64,000 nucleotides of DNA from Octopus vulgaris (GCA_951406725.2 OX597822.1:3286001-3350000); one strand, 5' to 3'; positions 13,036 to 27,409 are shown, counted from the stretch's first letter. Notes: generated by a model from the sequence alone, not told the origin. Translations and numbers: made by a program.

Positions 13036-13399
13036 TACATCATCATCATCATCGTAATGAAAACTTGCCTCCTCGAAAGAAATTCATTATGAGGATTACC
13101 CACGTTGACTGCAGTTTCGCTGATAATTCACTGCATCGATTCGGGATTAACAGACTCGGCTGCAGTGACTACAAAGAGATGGTTTGTTCACGGTCGGATG
13201 TCTCAGTTTGAATATTATCTTTTAACACAACAGCTTCCCAAAGTGTGGCTTCAAATGAGTAGAAAGTCAAGACTATACAGTAGGCCACTGCCGGTGGTAA
13301 TACACCAGATTCCATTGTGCTTCTTAAAGATGCATTATATAATTTCTTTTACGCTCCTTTCACATGATGGCCAGAGACAAAAATTTATCACAGACCTGT

Positions 13400-14000
13400 T
13401 TTTGGTGAGCGAGGGTACTTCATCCTGGAAAAGTGTCTTGTCCCGGGCAGCTGTGACCTGAGATGCATAATCTCGACCCTGTTGACTTGTCTGGTTGAGG
13501 ACTTCAGAGTTATTTCAATTGATGTGAAAGACACAGCAGAGGTAACGCAGATGGAAACGCTCAAGAAGTCTTGGTATGCAAGGGCAGGTTACCATGAATA
13601 GGAACCGTGCGTAAGGGTGGTCAGTACAACCATTCTGTACACCTGGTTCTCTGATTCTTTCTTCGGAATACTTACTGTTCCAGGAATTTTTGTGATTTCT
13701 GTTCAATAGGGTTTCTTTGCGTGCATCTGTTCTCTGACACTTTATCAATTTTGCTATCTTATAAGATGGGGTACTCCAGGTAACTGATCTGGTGGACTGT
13801 TTCGCAAAGATAATGCAAAGACGGTGGCAACCTTCCTAAACTTTGGGTTGGTCGAGAACCTCGTATTCTTCAAACTGATTACTACTTCAAAAAGTTAGCA
13901 TCTGCAAATCTACGCATAACACTACAGGAATGACACTGAATGATCAATAGATGTAGCATCTGCGGAAAAAGTAGGCCCTGGATGTGTTGCAGCAGTGTCT
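13400..14000 (-). pseudogene. Degenerate RTE-clade LINE, C-terminal RT/thumb region
   Basis: Minus-strand peptide RLLERFHLRYLCCVFHIN*NNSEVL matches the RTE motif RLLERFHQRCLRxILxIxW..NxEVL; many stops; boundaries approximate. Confidence 0.7.
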
Positions 14001-14471
14001 TAGTGTACAACTTAAGTCGCTTCAGACCGAATAAATTAATATCGGACAAACTTAGTCAACGCAGACCCCCCCGCCTGAGCATTAGGCGTCAATGGTAATG
14101 GAAACGATAAAAAGACAAGGTGCGAGGAGTCAATCCTTCGTCGTTTCGTATTTGTAAGAGCTATGAATTTTGGTTGTTGTTTCCGATCGGATTTTCTGAA
14201 CCTAAAGTAACTGGTGGACGATGTCGAGCCCTGGGGAAACAATTCACAGATGCTTCAAAATTCTCCACAGACCCGTCCTTCCCAAAGAGTAAAATACTTT
14301 CTCCAGATCTATATGCAGTCCCTTGTCTTGTTCTCAATATTTTCCTTGTAACTGACTGAGAATAAAATGCATCTAGTTGGTGCTTCTATTTATTTTCAAC
14401 TCACATCGACTCTCTGGAATGTGTTCAATATTCACACTTAAATGTCAAAAATATATACAGGAATACAGAAG

Positions 14472-14824
14472 TATGTATGTATGTATGTATGTATGTATGT
14501 ATGTATGTATGTATGTATGTATGTATGTATGTATGTATGTATGTATGTATGTATGTATGTGTGCGTACGTATGTGTGTGTAGATAGATAAATATGTAGAT
14601 AGGTAAATATGTATATATATATATATATATATATGGAAAGAGGTGCACAGATCCACATCCACACAGACACGCACACGCGTGCACACACAAACATACACAC
14701 ATATATGTATGTAGACATACAGATAATTATACGGATATATATATATATATGTATATGTGTGTATATGTATTATATATATATAACTATATATGCATGAATA
14801 CAGATATAGATATACAGATATGTC

Positions 14825-14865
<41 letters not shown>

Positions 14866-14940
14866 ATATATATATGTATATATATATGTATATATATATA
14901 TATGTATATATATATATGTATGTATATATATATATATCTG

Positions 14941-15025
<85 letters not shown>

Positions 15026-15116
15026 TGGCAAAGAGAAAGAGGAAGATAGAGACAGATAAATAGAAGATAGATAGATATTCAGTCAGACAAACAGGCAGAA
15101 AGATAGATAGATAGCG

Positions 15117-15195
<79 letters not shown>

Positions 15196-15196
15196 G

Positions 15197-15237
<41 letters not shown>

Positions 15238-15238
15238 T

Positions 15239-15271
<33 letters not shown>

Positions 15272-15282
15272 TAAACTACAAA

Positions 15283-15315
<33 letters not shown>
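14472..15315. repeat. Compound microsatellite block: (TATG)n, (TA)n, (GATA)n, (GA)n, (CA)n
   Basis: Seen directly. Confidence 0.98.
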
Positions 15316-15317
<2 letters not shown>

Positions 15318-17564
15318 GTCTTTCAACATCGTAGCCAACGAAGAGCAGGAGCTTATTGAAAGGACTTCACTGATAAAAGTAGTAATCATTATTTTCATGT
15401 CTCTAATTTACCATTTGTGTACGAGTTTTGTGTCTAAATCGATGTAGACTGTCACCGATCACAGCTGAATTCAATGAAAAACTAATCACTGATTTGATGA
15501 ATATTAGCTACATCCTGTCTCGATCGGTTCGTGTGTATACATGGTGTGTGTGTGTGTGTGTGTGTGTGCTTGTGAACATGTATATGTGTGTGTGTGTGTG
15601 TGTTTGAATGCGTAAGTGAGTGCGTCTATGTGTTTCAGTGCTTGTAGTATATTCTCGTTGAATTGAATGGGGAAAATGCCAAAACGCCTTGAAGCGATAT
15701 AATTACACCTCTAACACAGACAATCCTTAGTGGAACAAACGTTATGAAGGGGTAGAGAGATAGATGCATTTAATACATAGATATATATATATATAGGAGA
15801 GATAGATACGTTTCGAGGCGAACATTGAAATGAGTTTGCAATCATTGAAAATGGACAATATTTAATAACAAACGAGAAGCAAAAGAAATATGAGAAAAAT
15901 AATTCTAAAAAACTAAATACAATAAAATAATGTAAAATAAGTGCAATAATATATACAATGACGACACCGACAAAATCAAACATAAAATACATCTTTGTAC
16001 GGAAAAGAAATTAATATTTTTGAACAGTCACTCTTGCTACTATTAATTTCTATTGGAGTCGGTGTCCAGTTTGAAAGAAGTGATAAGTTATCTGTGAAAG
16101 TAGCCAGTGATACGATATCGATTTTTGGCTGAATATTTTTGGTAGTATGAGCGGGGCAAGTTGGCAGAAGAAATTTTTAGAGTGTCGGGGAAATACTTCG
16201 CACTATTTCCTCTGGTTCCCTACCTTCTAAGTTCAAAACTCGCAAAGAGCATTTTTGCCTTTTATTCTCCCCTCGGTCGATAAAGTCGGGTATCTGTGAA
16301 GTGAAGTAGTCGAGTTGATACTATCAACATTTCCTCTTCCGTAAAACCGGTGACCTTTTACTTAGCTATTGAGAAAATGAGAGTTGGAAGAATTGTTATA
16401 GTGCTGTGTCGTGCACATCACGTTCTTTTGTTCTGACCATGTGCTCTCTGGGTTGATTAATTTTGTTTTCCATCCTTTCACAATCGATAAAAAACAGAAC
16501 TAATCCCGGGATTGATTGGCGTAACTGGAATACGATCGAGCAAGATACTTTGAGATGTCTTTTCAGGCTCTCTGAGTTCTCAGTACAACGTCTGTGGCAA
16601 CACTCGTACTAAGCATTATCGAAAATTAGAGGATAAAGCTTGACGCCGGTGGTGTTGTCGTGAGAGGAGAATTGCCCTCATGGATAACTGCTCCTCCTCC
16701 TTGTCAGGCCTGTGCATAAACATGCAGATACTTGGTTAACTCGGCTGGTTTATGGTGGCTGAATGGCCGAATTAAAGGAAGTTCTCATAGCATACACCCG
16801 ATATTGAGTAGTCTTTCTTCCGTATTATTACCAACAAGCTTGATCAGCGCTATACAGATCCATTATTATATACGAATATTTTAGGCTGTGATATGAACAC
16901 AAATGAATTTTATAAATATTGCCAAAGGGACTAACAAATTCAGTGCCTCACTGTCAGGCCTTCTATGCACTTAATAACTCTAGATAGTCTCACATAATTT
17001 GATGTTGCCAGTTCTGGTCAAAAGTTGGGATAAAATTAGAAAACGCAATGTAAAATTATGAAAAAGGGTAAATTCGTAAATGAACAGCAGCATACTTTGT
17101 ATAAAGTCAATGGGGAACCAGTAACAAGATAATAGGCCAACGAATCTATACATCTTGGATGAGCATGAATGCTAGGATTTTCTTTCACACATTTGTTACC
17201 TTCCAGAGAATACATTGAATGCCGTGTGGACATTCTTCTGCTTTCCTTCACGGAACGATTAACTGTACCAGAGTTTCATATCTGCAGTCCTAACCAGAAT
17301 CATGTATGCTGGACCATAATTTCAATAGTCTTAGTGGATCTATTCTTGAGAAATTCAGTTGTAAGTGTTACAAGTACTTCTACGTCAATGCATTCCACCC
17401 CCACCCACCCCCGGTGATGTTTTGCATTCTCCTTCAACTAACCAGCTTGGTGATGTCATTGAAGACTGGTGGCATTATTTCTGCGTGAAATTCGAAATTC
17501 CAAGCAATCATTGCACACTTCTGGCCGTAACATTTTCGTTTATTCCTAATCACTGCTGATGCTG

Positions 17565-17629
<65 letters not shown>

Positions 17630-17633
17630 TGTA

Positions 17634-17745
17634 AATTATAAATTAGAGATCTCTAATTCATATTTTATATATTTATACTGTGAAATTTGATTTAATACTA
17701 AATGTAATTTTTCCCTGTAAGTTTGGAGCTATACTCCCTAATATC
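17634..17745 (+). mobile_element. AT-rich interspersed repeat end (family P1, probable Penelope-like remnant)
   Basis: atactgtgaaatttgatttaatactaaatgtaatttttccctgtaagtttgga also occurs at 46900-46970 (+) and 54980-55080 (-); small hairpin aattagagatctctaatt. Confidence 0.55.
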
Positions 17746-17749
17746 ATTA

Positions 17750-17986
17750 TTTTTTTTTTTTCTTCTTTCAAATTTGCTTCCATTTCTTGCCGAGTGTCTT
17801 CCCGACTCCTAGGGCAAAGAAACTCATAGTATACATTGGTAGGCCATTAAACTAAACTCAATAGTTCGTTCACTTCTTTTTTTAAAGTTAAATTAAAATA
17901 CATGGGTAGTAATAGTTCTCACATCGACAATGCTCTTCTCAATACGTGTGATGTACCAGTTAAGACAATCTTTTGCACTTCTTGCA
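17750..17986 (-). mobile_element. 5'-truncated R4/Dong-type LINE 3' end (last codons, 3'UTR, oligo-A)
   Basis: Encodes QEVQKIVLTGTSHVLRRALSM; 17890-17986 is identical to 18747-18843; 5' junction in (TAA)n. Confidence 0.85.
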
Positions 17987-18052
<66 letters not shown>

Positions 18053-18589
18053 CATTATATGTGTGTGTGTGTATGTGTGTGTTTGTTTGTGTGTGTGTTT
18101 GTGTATAACTGTCGTAAAAAGTTTGCTTTCCAATAACATGGCTCAAGGTTCGCTCTCATTCCGTAGCACCTCTGGCAGGTGTCTTTCCCAAGGCCGGGCC
18201 CCAGCATGGCTGCAGTCTAACGACTAAAACAAGTACAAGGCAATATACAGAGCTGCAATCGCGCCAAGCATTGTGTAGGAATAAACAAACTTTAGGTCAA
18301 ATGAAATATGTTTGTGATATATTTTAATTTGTAAAGACGAATTCACTGCAGTTTCCGAGGTGAAACTTCACTTTTATGGTTAAATGTGTACAAACGCAAT
18401 ATCTGCCCAGTGCTTCCCTCTAACGAATTTCTAGTTGCGTATTTCTGGTACTTAAGCCTTACTAAATGGGAAATACCGGAGAGAGAGATGAAATAAGAGA
18501 GAACATTTTTTCTCCACGGTGACTGAAGTGAAAATTACTATTCGTGTAGATTATTGTTGGAATTCTTATTACAGAAGAGTAAGCACAGC

Positions 18590-18715
18590 AGGCCATATTC
18601 TTAGCAATATTTCGTCTGTCTTTATGTTCTGAGTTCAAATTCCGCCGGGGCGACTTTTCCTTTCATCCTTTCGGGTGTCGAGGAAATAAGTACCAGTGAA
18701 ACACTGGGGTCAATA
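18590..18715 (+). mobile_element. Partial SINE family A
   Basis: gttctgagttcaaattccgccgggg...cctttcatcctttcggg...aagtaccag. Confidence 0.8.
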
Positions 18716-18746
18716 TATATACGCACAAGTTCTGAAATTTTGAGTC

Positions 18747-19273
18747 AAATTAAAATACATGGGTAGTAATAGTTCTCACATCGACAATGCTCTTCTCAAT
18801 ACGTGTGATGTACCAGTTAAGACAATCTTTTGCACTTCTTGCAGGGATGGTAAGCCAGGGATCATTCTCATATAATTTTCGGTTCCCTTCTTGATCATTC
18901 CTAGTGCTCCTACGATCACTGGTATTGTAACCGCCTTGAGATGCCACATTTTCTCAATTTCAATGAGTAGGTCTTTATATTTCCTGAGCTTGTCAAACTC
19001 TTTCGCTGAGATATTATGATCACAGGGGATGCTCATGTCGATCAATAAGCAAACTTTATTGTTTTGGTCTTTCACAACAATATCTGGTTTATTGGCCTTG
19101 ATGGTTCGGTCTGTATGTACTGGAAAGTCCCACCGAATGGTTACATTTTCTCCTTCAGTTACAGCCTCAGGGTGGTGATTATACCACTTGTCGGCAGTTT
19201 TGATATTGTAATGCCGACTTATTAGCCAGTGTAGATATTGGCCAACTCTGTCATGTCTTAATTTATACTCCAC
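18747..19273 (-). mobile_element. R4/Dong-clade non-LTR retrotransposon, restriction-like endonuclease (RLE) domain fragment
   Basis: ORF 18776-19273: RHD..HW, WDFPVHTD, NKPDIVV..IDMSIP..KLRKY (PD-(D/E)xK), PVIVGALG; 5' end joins (TAA)n. Confidence 0.92.
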
Positions 19274-19329
<56 letters not shown>

Positions 19330-19354
19330 TTTATTATATACTTGTGTATATACA

Positions 19355-19464
<110 letters not shown>

Positions 19465-20414
19465 CACATATATGTATGTATGTATGTATGTATGTATATA
19501 TATATATATGCATATGCTTACGTACACAGACACACACACGCGCACACACTCATACACTCACACACACATACACACACCGCACATTAACACACACACACAC
19601 ATAGACAGACAAGTGATCTCACATACTCGCAAATAGATTTTCTGGGGAAATAAGTTCGATAAATATTACGGCAGCAGAAGTAACGTTGTGAAAACTCGTG
19701 ACTCAAAAGCTAGTTTGAAATTGCTTTTACGGTGATGTAAATGAAAGGATGAGAAATTAATTCCTAAGATATTACGTATATTCAGAAGTGTGCCTGAAGC
19801 TATATATTACAAAATCTGGAATGCTGAATAGTTGGAAGATTACAATACAATTGTCACCGAGGTAAAGTCGTAACCCATTGCCACACACTGAGACATGCAA
19901 CCCACCCACGCAAACAGGTACTGCAATACTAACACAAGACTCCCTCTCTTTCTCAAATTTCAGTTTGAAAATAATATGACGTATCAGGGAGTTTGAGAGG
20001 ATAATGAAAATACTCATATAAGTAAATTACAAACGTACATACGTATACAAACACACACACGCACGCACACACATATATACATATATATGCATATGCATAT
20101 ATACACATACATGGACACACGTATATACATACATGTACATACACGTACATATAATAGGAATTCTAATCACGATACAACCCAGAAAAGGCTAATTACGTAC
20201 ACAGTGAAGTCATACACAATTACGCAATACAACAGTACTGACAATACATACACTAGTGCATCTTTTCAACAATTACTACACCCTTACTTGCTTCCAGCCC
20301 CTTGTAACCTGTCTTCTCCTTTTCCTATTCTACTTGATAGCCTCATCTTCTCCCCCCACCCCATTCCCCACACAATAGCTATTCCTCAAGTGCTCTGTTT
20401 GTTATAGACAGAAA

Positions 20415-20539
20415 TGGGTCTGACGAAAGGAGCTTTAATTTTTTTAGGTCGTTTAATTTGCTTCAATCGGTCAATAGACCATTTGCATAAACCTATCAGT
20501 AATGAACCAATAATGACTGCCGGAAACAGCTGTAAGCCA
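20415..20539 (+). ncRNA. Hammerhead-like motif with expanded stem II region (Penelope-like remnant)
   Basis: Core CTGACGA 20420-26, GAAA 20523-26, palindromic stem III ACAGCTGT, GUA; stem I tgggt/agcca has one mismatch; stem II poorly paired. Confidence 0.4.
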
Positions 20540-21508
20540 AATTTGATCCAATAAAGGAATTATATGTAATGAGCATTATTTTTAACATGTTTCTTATATA
20601 CCACTCTGTGGAAAAAGCAGTTTATCGGGAGCCCATCCAAGGATTTACAATGTAGAATTGTGATAATTCCAGTCTGGGACCCTACCAGAAAACTACCTGA
20701 ACTTCTTCACTAAACATAGGTAAGCTACTGGTCAGAGAATTACGGACTAAACATACTCAATTGTCACGAGAGATATACAGATAGGGACCAGTAGACATTA
20801 CGTACCATGTTTAAATTAAGCGAATGTACTTTCTGTATTCTTCTCTGTACTCTTATCTTTCAACTTCTGTTAAGGTCCGTACAAAAGCACCTATGACACA
20901 GGTTTCAAATAAACAATGAACTCACTGATTGTTATTGATGAAAACAATACAGCTTCGAGAGAATGTCCGCACCGTTTCAACGCATACGAATGTGGAGAAG
21001 CTTATGATGTTATGGTCGGGGAACCACGTGAGGGAAGAGAAACCATTGTTAGTTAGAAACGTAATATAGAAAAACATATAAACGGGATAAATAGTTGCAA
21101 TGTCGCTCTGTAAGTCCTCATTGTTATTTCAATGTTGAAGATAGCCAACACTTGGAATGACTGAAGGCTAAACAGTTCCTGGAAACATAATCTCGTAAAT
21201 GACCCTCTATGTCTATTATTTGATGGTGTTAAAGAATTCCTTAAACTACTAACATTTGATATTGTAAATATCTCTTGTTCTTCGCCACTTTTTGAAATTT
21301 TTATATAAATAATACAGGAAATAATACAGAAACATTACTGCCAAAAAGTTCTGGTTTTGTGGGCGTTTCTTTAATTGTTTCTATTAAAAGCGGATGTACA
21401 CACAAACACAAGCAACTCACATACACACACACACGCACACACATATACACATATGTACTCACACACACACACTCACACATATATATATATATATGTGTGT
21501 ACAAACAA

Positions 21509-21591
<83 letters not shown>

Positions 21592-21615
21592 GTAATGATA
21601 GTAATAATAATAATA

Positions 21616-22173
21616 AATGCCCTGATGCAGTACCTAGGCAGTGGCTCTCATGGCTTCTGATCTTAACTCATTGGAAGTGTTATCATGTACATTGTTTTGT
21701 CTTGGTATAAAAGATGGGCTACACCAAATATTCTGCTCAATACCACAGATTTGCTTGTCAGTTGTTTGACTTTAACCAGTTGAGCATGTCCCTTAGTGGC
21801 TGACGATATGTGCATCTCTGACCATGAGCAGAAGTAGTGGGGGAGCATCATAGCCATGTGTTGAGAGGGATTCTTTGGGGTTTGGATAATTCACCTCTGG
21901 AAACATGGGTGCTTCGTTCAACATCCTTAAACAACCCTTATTCAGGGACCTTTTGAGCGGGATGGGTTACTCAACCTGAAGAAAATTCTAACTGGGCCCC
22001 ACCTGCAAGGTCATGCACTGTTTACCGTGATATGAGATCACCATGTCGCGCACATATGGTTGTGATGCATGTGCCTAGTGTACCCTTATCAGACGGGTAG
22101 TCATGATGGGTATACTGGGCTTCGTATATTTTACCCCAGTGTCACTTTGATGGCATGCACTGCTCTCTCACTC
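21616..22173. mobile_element. Non-coding insertion of about 560 bp inside an (AAT)n tract
   Basis: Complex sequence flanked on both sides by in-phase (AAT)n; no ORF or TIR recognised. Confidence 0.6.
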
Positions 22174-22189
22174 AATAATAATAATAATA

Positions 22190-22296
<107 letters not shown>

Positions 22297-22361
22297 CTGT
22301 GCTGCCCAAGAGCAAGCACTAAGAACAAACGACATAAAATACAGAATAGACAACACAGCTC

Positions 22362-23039
22362 TCTCTCCTCTCTTTTCCTCTTTTCCTCTTTTCCTTGTTT
22401 CAGTCATTTGACTGTGGCCATATGGAGCACCGCCTTTAGTCGAGCAAATCGACCCCGGGACTTATTCTTTGTAAGCCCAGTACTTATTCTATCGGTCTCT
22501 TTTGCCGAACCGCTAAGTGACGGGGACGTAAACACACCAGCATCGGTTGTCAAGCAATGCTAGGGGGACAAACACAGACACACAAACATACACACACATA
22601 TATATATATATATATATAAGGCGGCGAGCTGGCAGAAACGTTAACACGCCGGGCGAAATGCGTAGCCGTATTTCGTCTGCCGCTACGTTCTGAGTTCAAA
22701 TTCCGCTGAGGTCGACTTTGCCTTTCATCCTTTCGGGGTCGATAAATTAAGTACCAGTTACGCACTGGGATCGATGTAATCGAGATAATCCGTTTGTCTG
22801 TCCTTGTTTGTCCCCTCTGTGTTTAGCCCTTTGTGGGTAGTAAAGAAATATATATATATATATATATATATATACGACGAGCTTCTTTCAGTTTCCGTCT
22901 ACCAAATCCACTCACAAGGTATTGGTCGGCCCGGGGCTATAGCAGAAGACACTTGCCCAAGATGCCGCGCAGTGGGACTGAACCCGACACCATGTGGTTG
23001 GTTAGCAAGCTACTTACCACCCACCCACTCCTGCACCTG
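22362..23039 (-). mobile_element. SINE family B inserted in the R4/Dong fragment
   Basis: Tail half 22362-22617 and head half 22851-23039 match other B copies. Confidence 0.9.
22618..22850 (+). mobile_element. Full-length SINE family A (A1 tail) nested in the (TA)n of SINE B
   Basis: aaggcggcgagctggcagaaacg...gagttcaaattcc...gcctttcatcctttcggggtcgataaattaagtacc...tgtgggtagtaaagaaata. Confidence 0.93.
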
Positions 23040-23708
23040 TAAATGATAAGTGCAGAATCTGTGGGCAAAACGGCGAAACCGTATGGCATATTACCAGTCA
23101 ATGTACAACATTAGCCCAGAAGGAATATAGGAGACGCCACGACAATATAGCCAGGTTTGTCCACTGGACACTCTGCCACAAGTATGGACTTGACAGAGCA
23201 AAAAATTGGTACGACCGCAAACCTGAAGGCAACGTCTAAAATAGAAATGCAAAGACGTATGGGATTTTATGATTCAGTGCGACCATGAGATAGAGAATAG
23301 GAAGCCAGACAGTCTTAATTGAGAAAGAAAGCAAACTATGTTGGATCATAGTTATAGCATGCTCAGCTTACAACAAGGTATGTCATAAGGAAGAAAGAAA
23401 AGTCGATAGATATGACAGGTTAGCTTGGGAGGTTAAGCAGTTGTAGTCGATGAAAAATGTGGTAGTGGTACCAATAATTGTCGGAGTCATGGAAACAGTG
23501 GGTAAAAATCTCGAGAAGTACATGGAACACATAGGGGCTGCAATAAAGGTGGAGCACTTGCAGAAAACAGCACTGCTTGGAACCGCTCAAATACTCCGGA
23601 AGGTGCTTGAAAAATAAGAGGTGTTACCTTTGTTCACTGGTAGTGAACAGTTGACACCGTAGTACATCTCCAGCGTTAGAATCTGTGCAAAGGCAATAAT
23701 AATAATAG

Positions 23709-23785
<77 letters not shown>

Positions 23786-23787
<2 letters not shown>

Positions 23788-24700
23788 AAATGAAATCCAA
23801 ACTAAAATAGAACAGCAACGAACCATGATAAAACGATGGCAAGAAAAGCCCCTTCATGGTAAATACTGCACTAAACTAAACGCAAAAGAAATAGACAAAG
23901 AAAAATCCCAGCAATGGTTGAGAAGCTCAGGACTCAAAGCAGAAACAGAGGGATTTTTAATTGCAGCACAAGACCAAAGCCTCCCCACCAGAAATTACCA
24001 AAAACATGTAATGAAAAGAAATATTACAAGTAACTGCAGAATATGTGGAGATGGACAAGAAACAATAAATCATATTATATCTAGCTGCCCAGTCCTGGCT
24101 AAGAAGGAATATATTTACAGACATGACAGAGTTGGAACCTACATACATTGCAAGCTATGCCAACATTATGGAATAACAACAGAAAAAAGATGGTATAGGC
24201 ACACACCAGAAAAGGTCACAGAAAACGAGAAAGCAACCATACTCTGGGATATGCCGATACACACAGATAGAGAAATTAAGGCCAACAGACCAGATATAGT
24301 TGTCAGAGATCATGAAGAAAAAAATGCTTTCTAATTGATGTATTAATACCGGCTGATGACAACGTTTCTCTAAAAGAAGTGGAGAAACTCTCAAAATACA
24401 AAGACCTGGAAATAGAGGTAACTAGAATGTGGAATCTGAAAACAGAAACAATTCCTATCATAGTAGGTGCATTAGGCATGATAAAAAAATATTCAGACAA
24501 ATACATAACAAAAACACCAGGACTTACAAACACATATAACATACAGAAAATTACACTACTAGGCACTGCACACATCCTACGCAGAACACTTTCCATACAA
24601 TAACCATCAGAGCATCACAACAAATCACAGCACATACCCAAGGCACACAGAGCTGCGCTCGGTAGTGAAGTGAAAGCACGCTATAAAAATAAAACTACTG
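23786..24700 (+). mobile_element. R4/Dong-clade LINE 3' fragment (CCHC + RLE + 3'UTR), one frameshift
   Basis: ORFs 23825-24334 and 24379-24603: KPLHG, ETEGFLIAAQDQ, CRICG..HIISSC, RHD, ANRPDIVV, EKLSKY, PIIVGALG; flanked by (AAT)n on both sides. Confidence 0.95.
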
Positions 24701-24711
24701 AATAATAATAA

Positions 24712-24850
24712 TAATAATCGGTGCCCTTGGTTTTGTGAGTAAATGCCTAAGTGACAATCTCGATAAAGAAATCAACCCCACACATTCACATTGTATAAAC
24801 AGTCTGTAAACGGAACACTAAAAGTGTGCAAGACTTTTTATCTTTGTAAG
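24712..24850 (+). mobile_element. Short C-terminal fragment of another RLE LINE
   Basis: IIIGALGFVSKCLSDNLD...SVNGTLKVCKTF, similar to the C-terminus at 28600-28775. Confidence 0.6.
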
Positions 24851-26419
24851 AAACCAGTTCCTTCCTCAGGGAAAGGATTTAAATAATTAAAATTAGAAGA
24901 GAACATGCGCACACATACATGCATACATACACAAGTCTACTACGCCTTCTCCTGTCCTCCTAAGCCGTTTTCTTAATGCGTTCAAAATAAATTTTCCATC
25001 GTCTCGTCTTTAAAGCCCTTATCGTTTGTTTTTACTGTGTTATTATCCTTGTCCTGTCTTTCACTGTTTTTATTTGTATTGATTTTACTGTCTCGTTTTG
25101 TTTTTACTGTCCTGTTCTTGTCACCATTTTTATCCGTCCGCAAAAAATCCCAAATTTTATTTAATTTGCTTTGCGGGTAGGACTGTTTCAACGAAGTCGT
25201 GTCTTGCCCTTACCTTCGAAACACGAAGTAGTTGAAGTAGGGGCAACTGAAGAAGGGGAATGTTCCTTGTGTTTTAGGTCTTGTACTCTGTTTTTTCGTT
25301 GTTTGCAAAAGTCCGTTTCCATGTTTTTATTTTTATGTTTTCGTTTCTCGTTGTGTTCTACGTTTTTTTTTGTGTCCTGTACTCATATATACATGTATAT
25401 ATACATATATATGTAGGTATGTACATATATGTATGCATGTATGCATTTGTTTTATTTATTAATTTGTTGTTATATGATCGAACGCCACGCATTCACTTCC
25501 AAGTAAGTTTTATCTTACATACATACATACATACATTCATAAAAATTTTTCACTCTTCATAAGATATCTAAGAGGTATATCAAACATTTTTCACTTGGTA
25601 CAGAAGTACTCAATATGGAAGCCTCCATCATCAAGTACCATATTGTAACTAGTTGTACTTGGCAATTCTATAAGTTAAGATTTCTGACGCGAAAGCTCTA
25701 CAGAGAATTATTTCTCGTTACGTGAGCCAGGGGGAAACCAAAATGAATGTTTCTGACATCACAGACACAAACTTGAATTCTCAAAATGAAGACTTTACAT
25801 CGGGAGCTCAGAACAATAATGAGCCACTGTCTTTGACTAGAAGCAATATCTTGCATTTTCAGAAAACTTAAGTTGCCTATCAACGAGGAAAATGTTATAG
25901 TGTGCAGGGCACTGACGTTCTGTTTGTAAAAGGAACCAGGGGTATTCTTGTTTGCACACTATTTGTTCCAATTTAACCGTCAAATTCAGTTTTCACGCTT
26001 GACAGATAATATAGGAGTACACCAATAGGGGTTGCTGGTATGAATATTGCTCTAACGACACCAGTAGAAACACGGTTAAACTTTCTGAGTAAAGGCATAC
26101 TCATTTTTAGTCCGAACAGAAAATCTCTTTCAGACGAAAAGGCAACTGAGGAGTTGCTACTGACAAAATTAAATGCCACATTCTCTTCAAAATATTAAAA
26201 GGAAAACGAATTCGACCCATACTTACAAACTTGTTATAGGCATATTTTAGGGATGAAATCGTGTTACCGACCATCATTTAATATATCAATTTATTCATTC
26301 TTCCGCCAATTGCTTTTGGTGCCTATGCAGTCGCGAACTGTCATAGCTACCCTCTAAGCCGTCCTACCTTTGGCTCAGAGAATCCTAGAGGATGTGAAAA
26401 CTAGAAGGAAAGAGGATAG

Positions 26420-26555
26420 CATCTACACTCGACTGTTACTCTTTTTCAACTGATTGGGGTGGAGTACCATGAAATCAAGTGACTAGTTGAAATTGTGGGG
26501 AATCTAACCCTGTACCTTATTATCATGAGCACAACACTCTAACCACAAGACACAT
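26420..26555 (-). mobile_element. Old tRNA-headed CORE-like SINE remnant
   Basis: tcatgagcacaacactctaaccac and gggaatctaaccc resemble the reverse complement of A/B boxes. Confidence 0.4.
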
Positions 26556-27409
26556 ATGTGTACATTATTCATAGCTAGTTTACCTTCTAACATTATGGAA
26601 TTAGAAAACAATAATTTTTTTCAGTTTCATCTATTCTTCTTTACCATGTGTATATATATTTCAATTTCTGAGATTTCATCAGCTGAGATCAGAAAAACGT
26701 TTATATGAATGGTATCGAGTTCTCAAAGAAGGAGAATATTTCAAGAAAACAATAATATATGAATTGACGTTGTGTGTATTGTGGTCAAGACTCAATTCAG
26801 TTGTTTAAAGAAATTATAGCAGAGGAATCGCGTTTAAAGTGGATACATTTGCAAGAATCACCTTTTCGAACCGCCGCAGGATAAAATATTACAAATTTCT
26901 GTTTTCGTTCTTTTTCTTCTCTTTCGAGCATTGCTTAAGATTAAATTTATCTTCAGACGGCTTCAAACAGAAGTTTACAGCAGTTGACAATTTTGCTTGA
27001 TCAGCTTCCACTAACAAGAGAATTACCAGCGTACTTTACACGCAGAGTTGAAACAAATGCCTTTCAGCTAACTTATATAAAATAGTAAAACAGTGTGGGG
27101 AAGAGCGAGAGGACACGAAAGGAGGAGTAAGGGGGGAATGGAAGATAGTAAATTGTTTTACTTTTCTAATATTTTAATCCTGAACAAGGCACAAAGGCAG
27201 GGCCGCTTTGTTCAGGATTATAGAGGAGAAACGAAATTTAAAACGTTCTACCGTTCAAACTATTGCGGAAATGAAAAAACAAAAACGTTCTTGCAAACTT
27301 CAAATTGTTGTTTAGTTGATATGATTCCATGAAATTATATATACATACATATGTATTTATGTTACCATGTATATTTGTATATATTAACGCACACAAATAT
27401 ACATGCATA

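Noticed and set aside
25205-25275. Possible permuted hammerhead (cttcGAAAC..GTA gttg..caaCTGAAGA)
   Set aside because: Stem I register conflicts with the core and stem II does not close correctly
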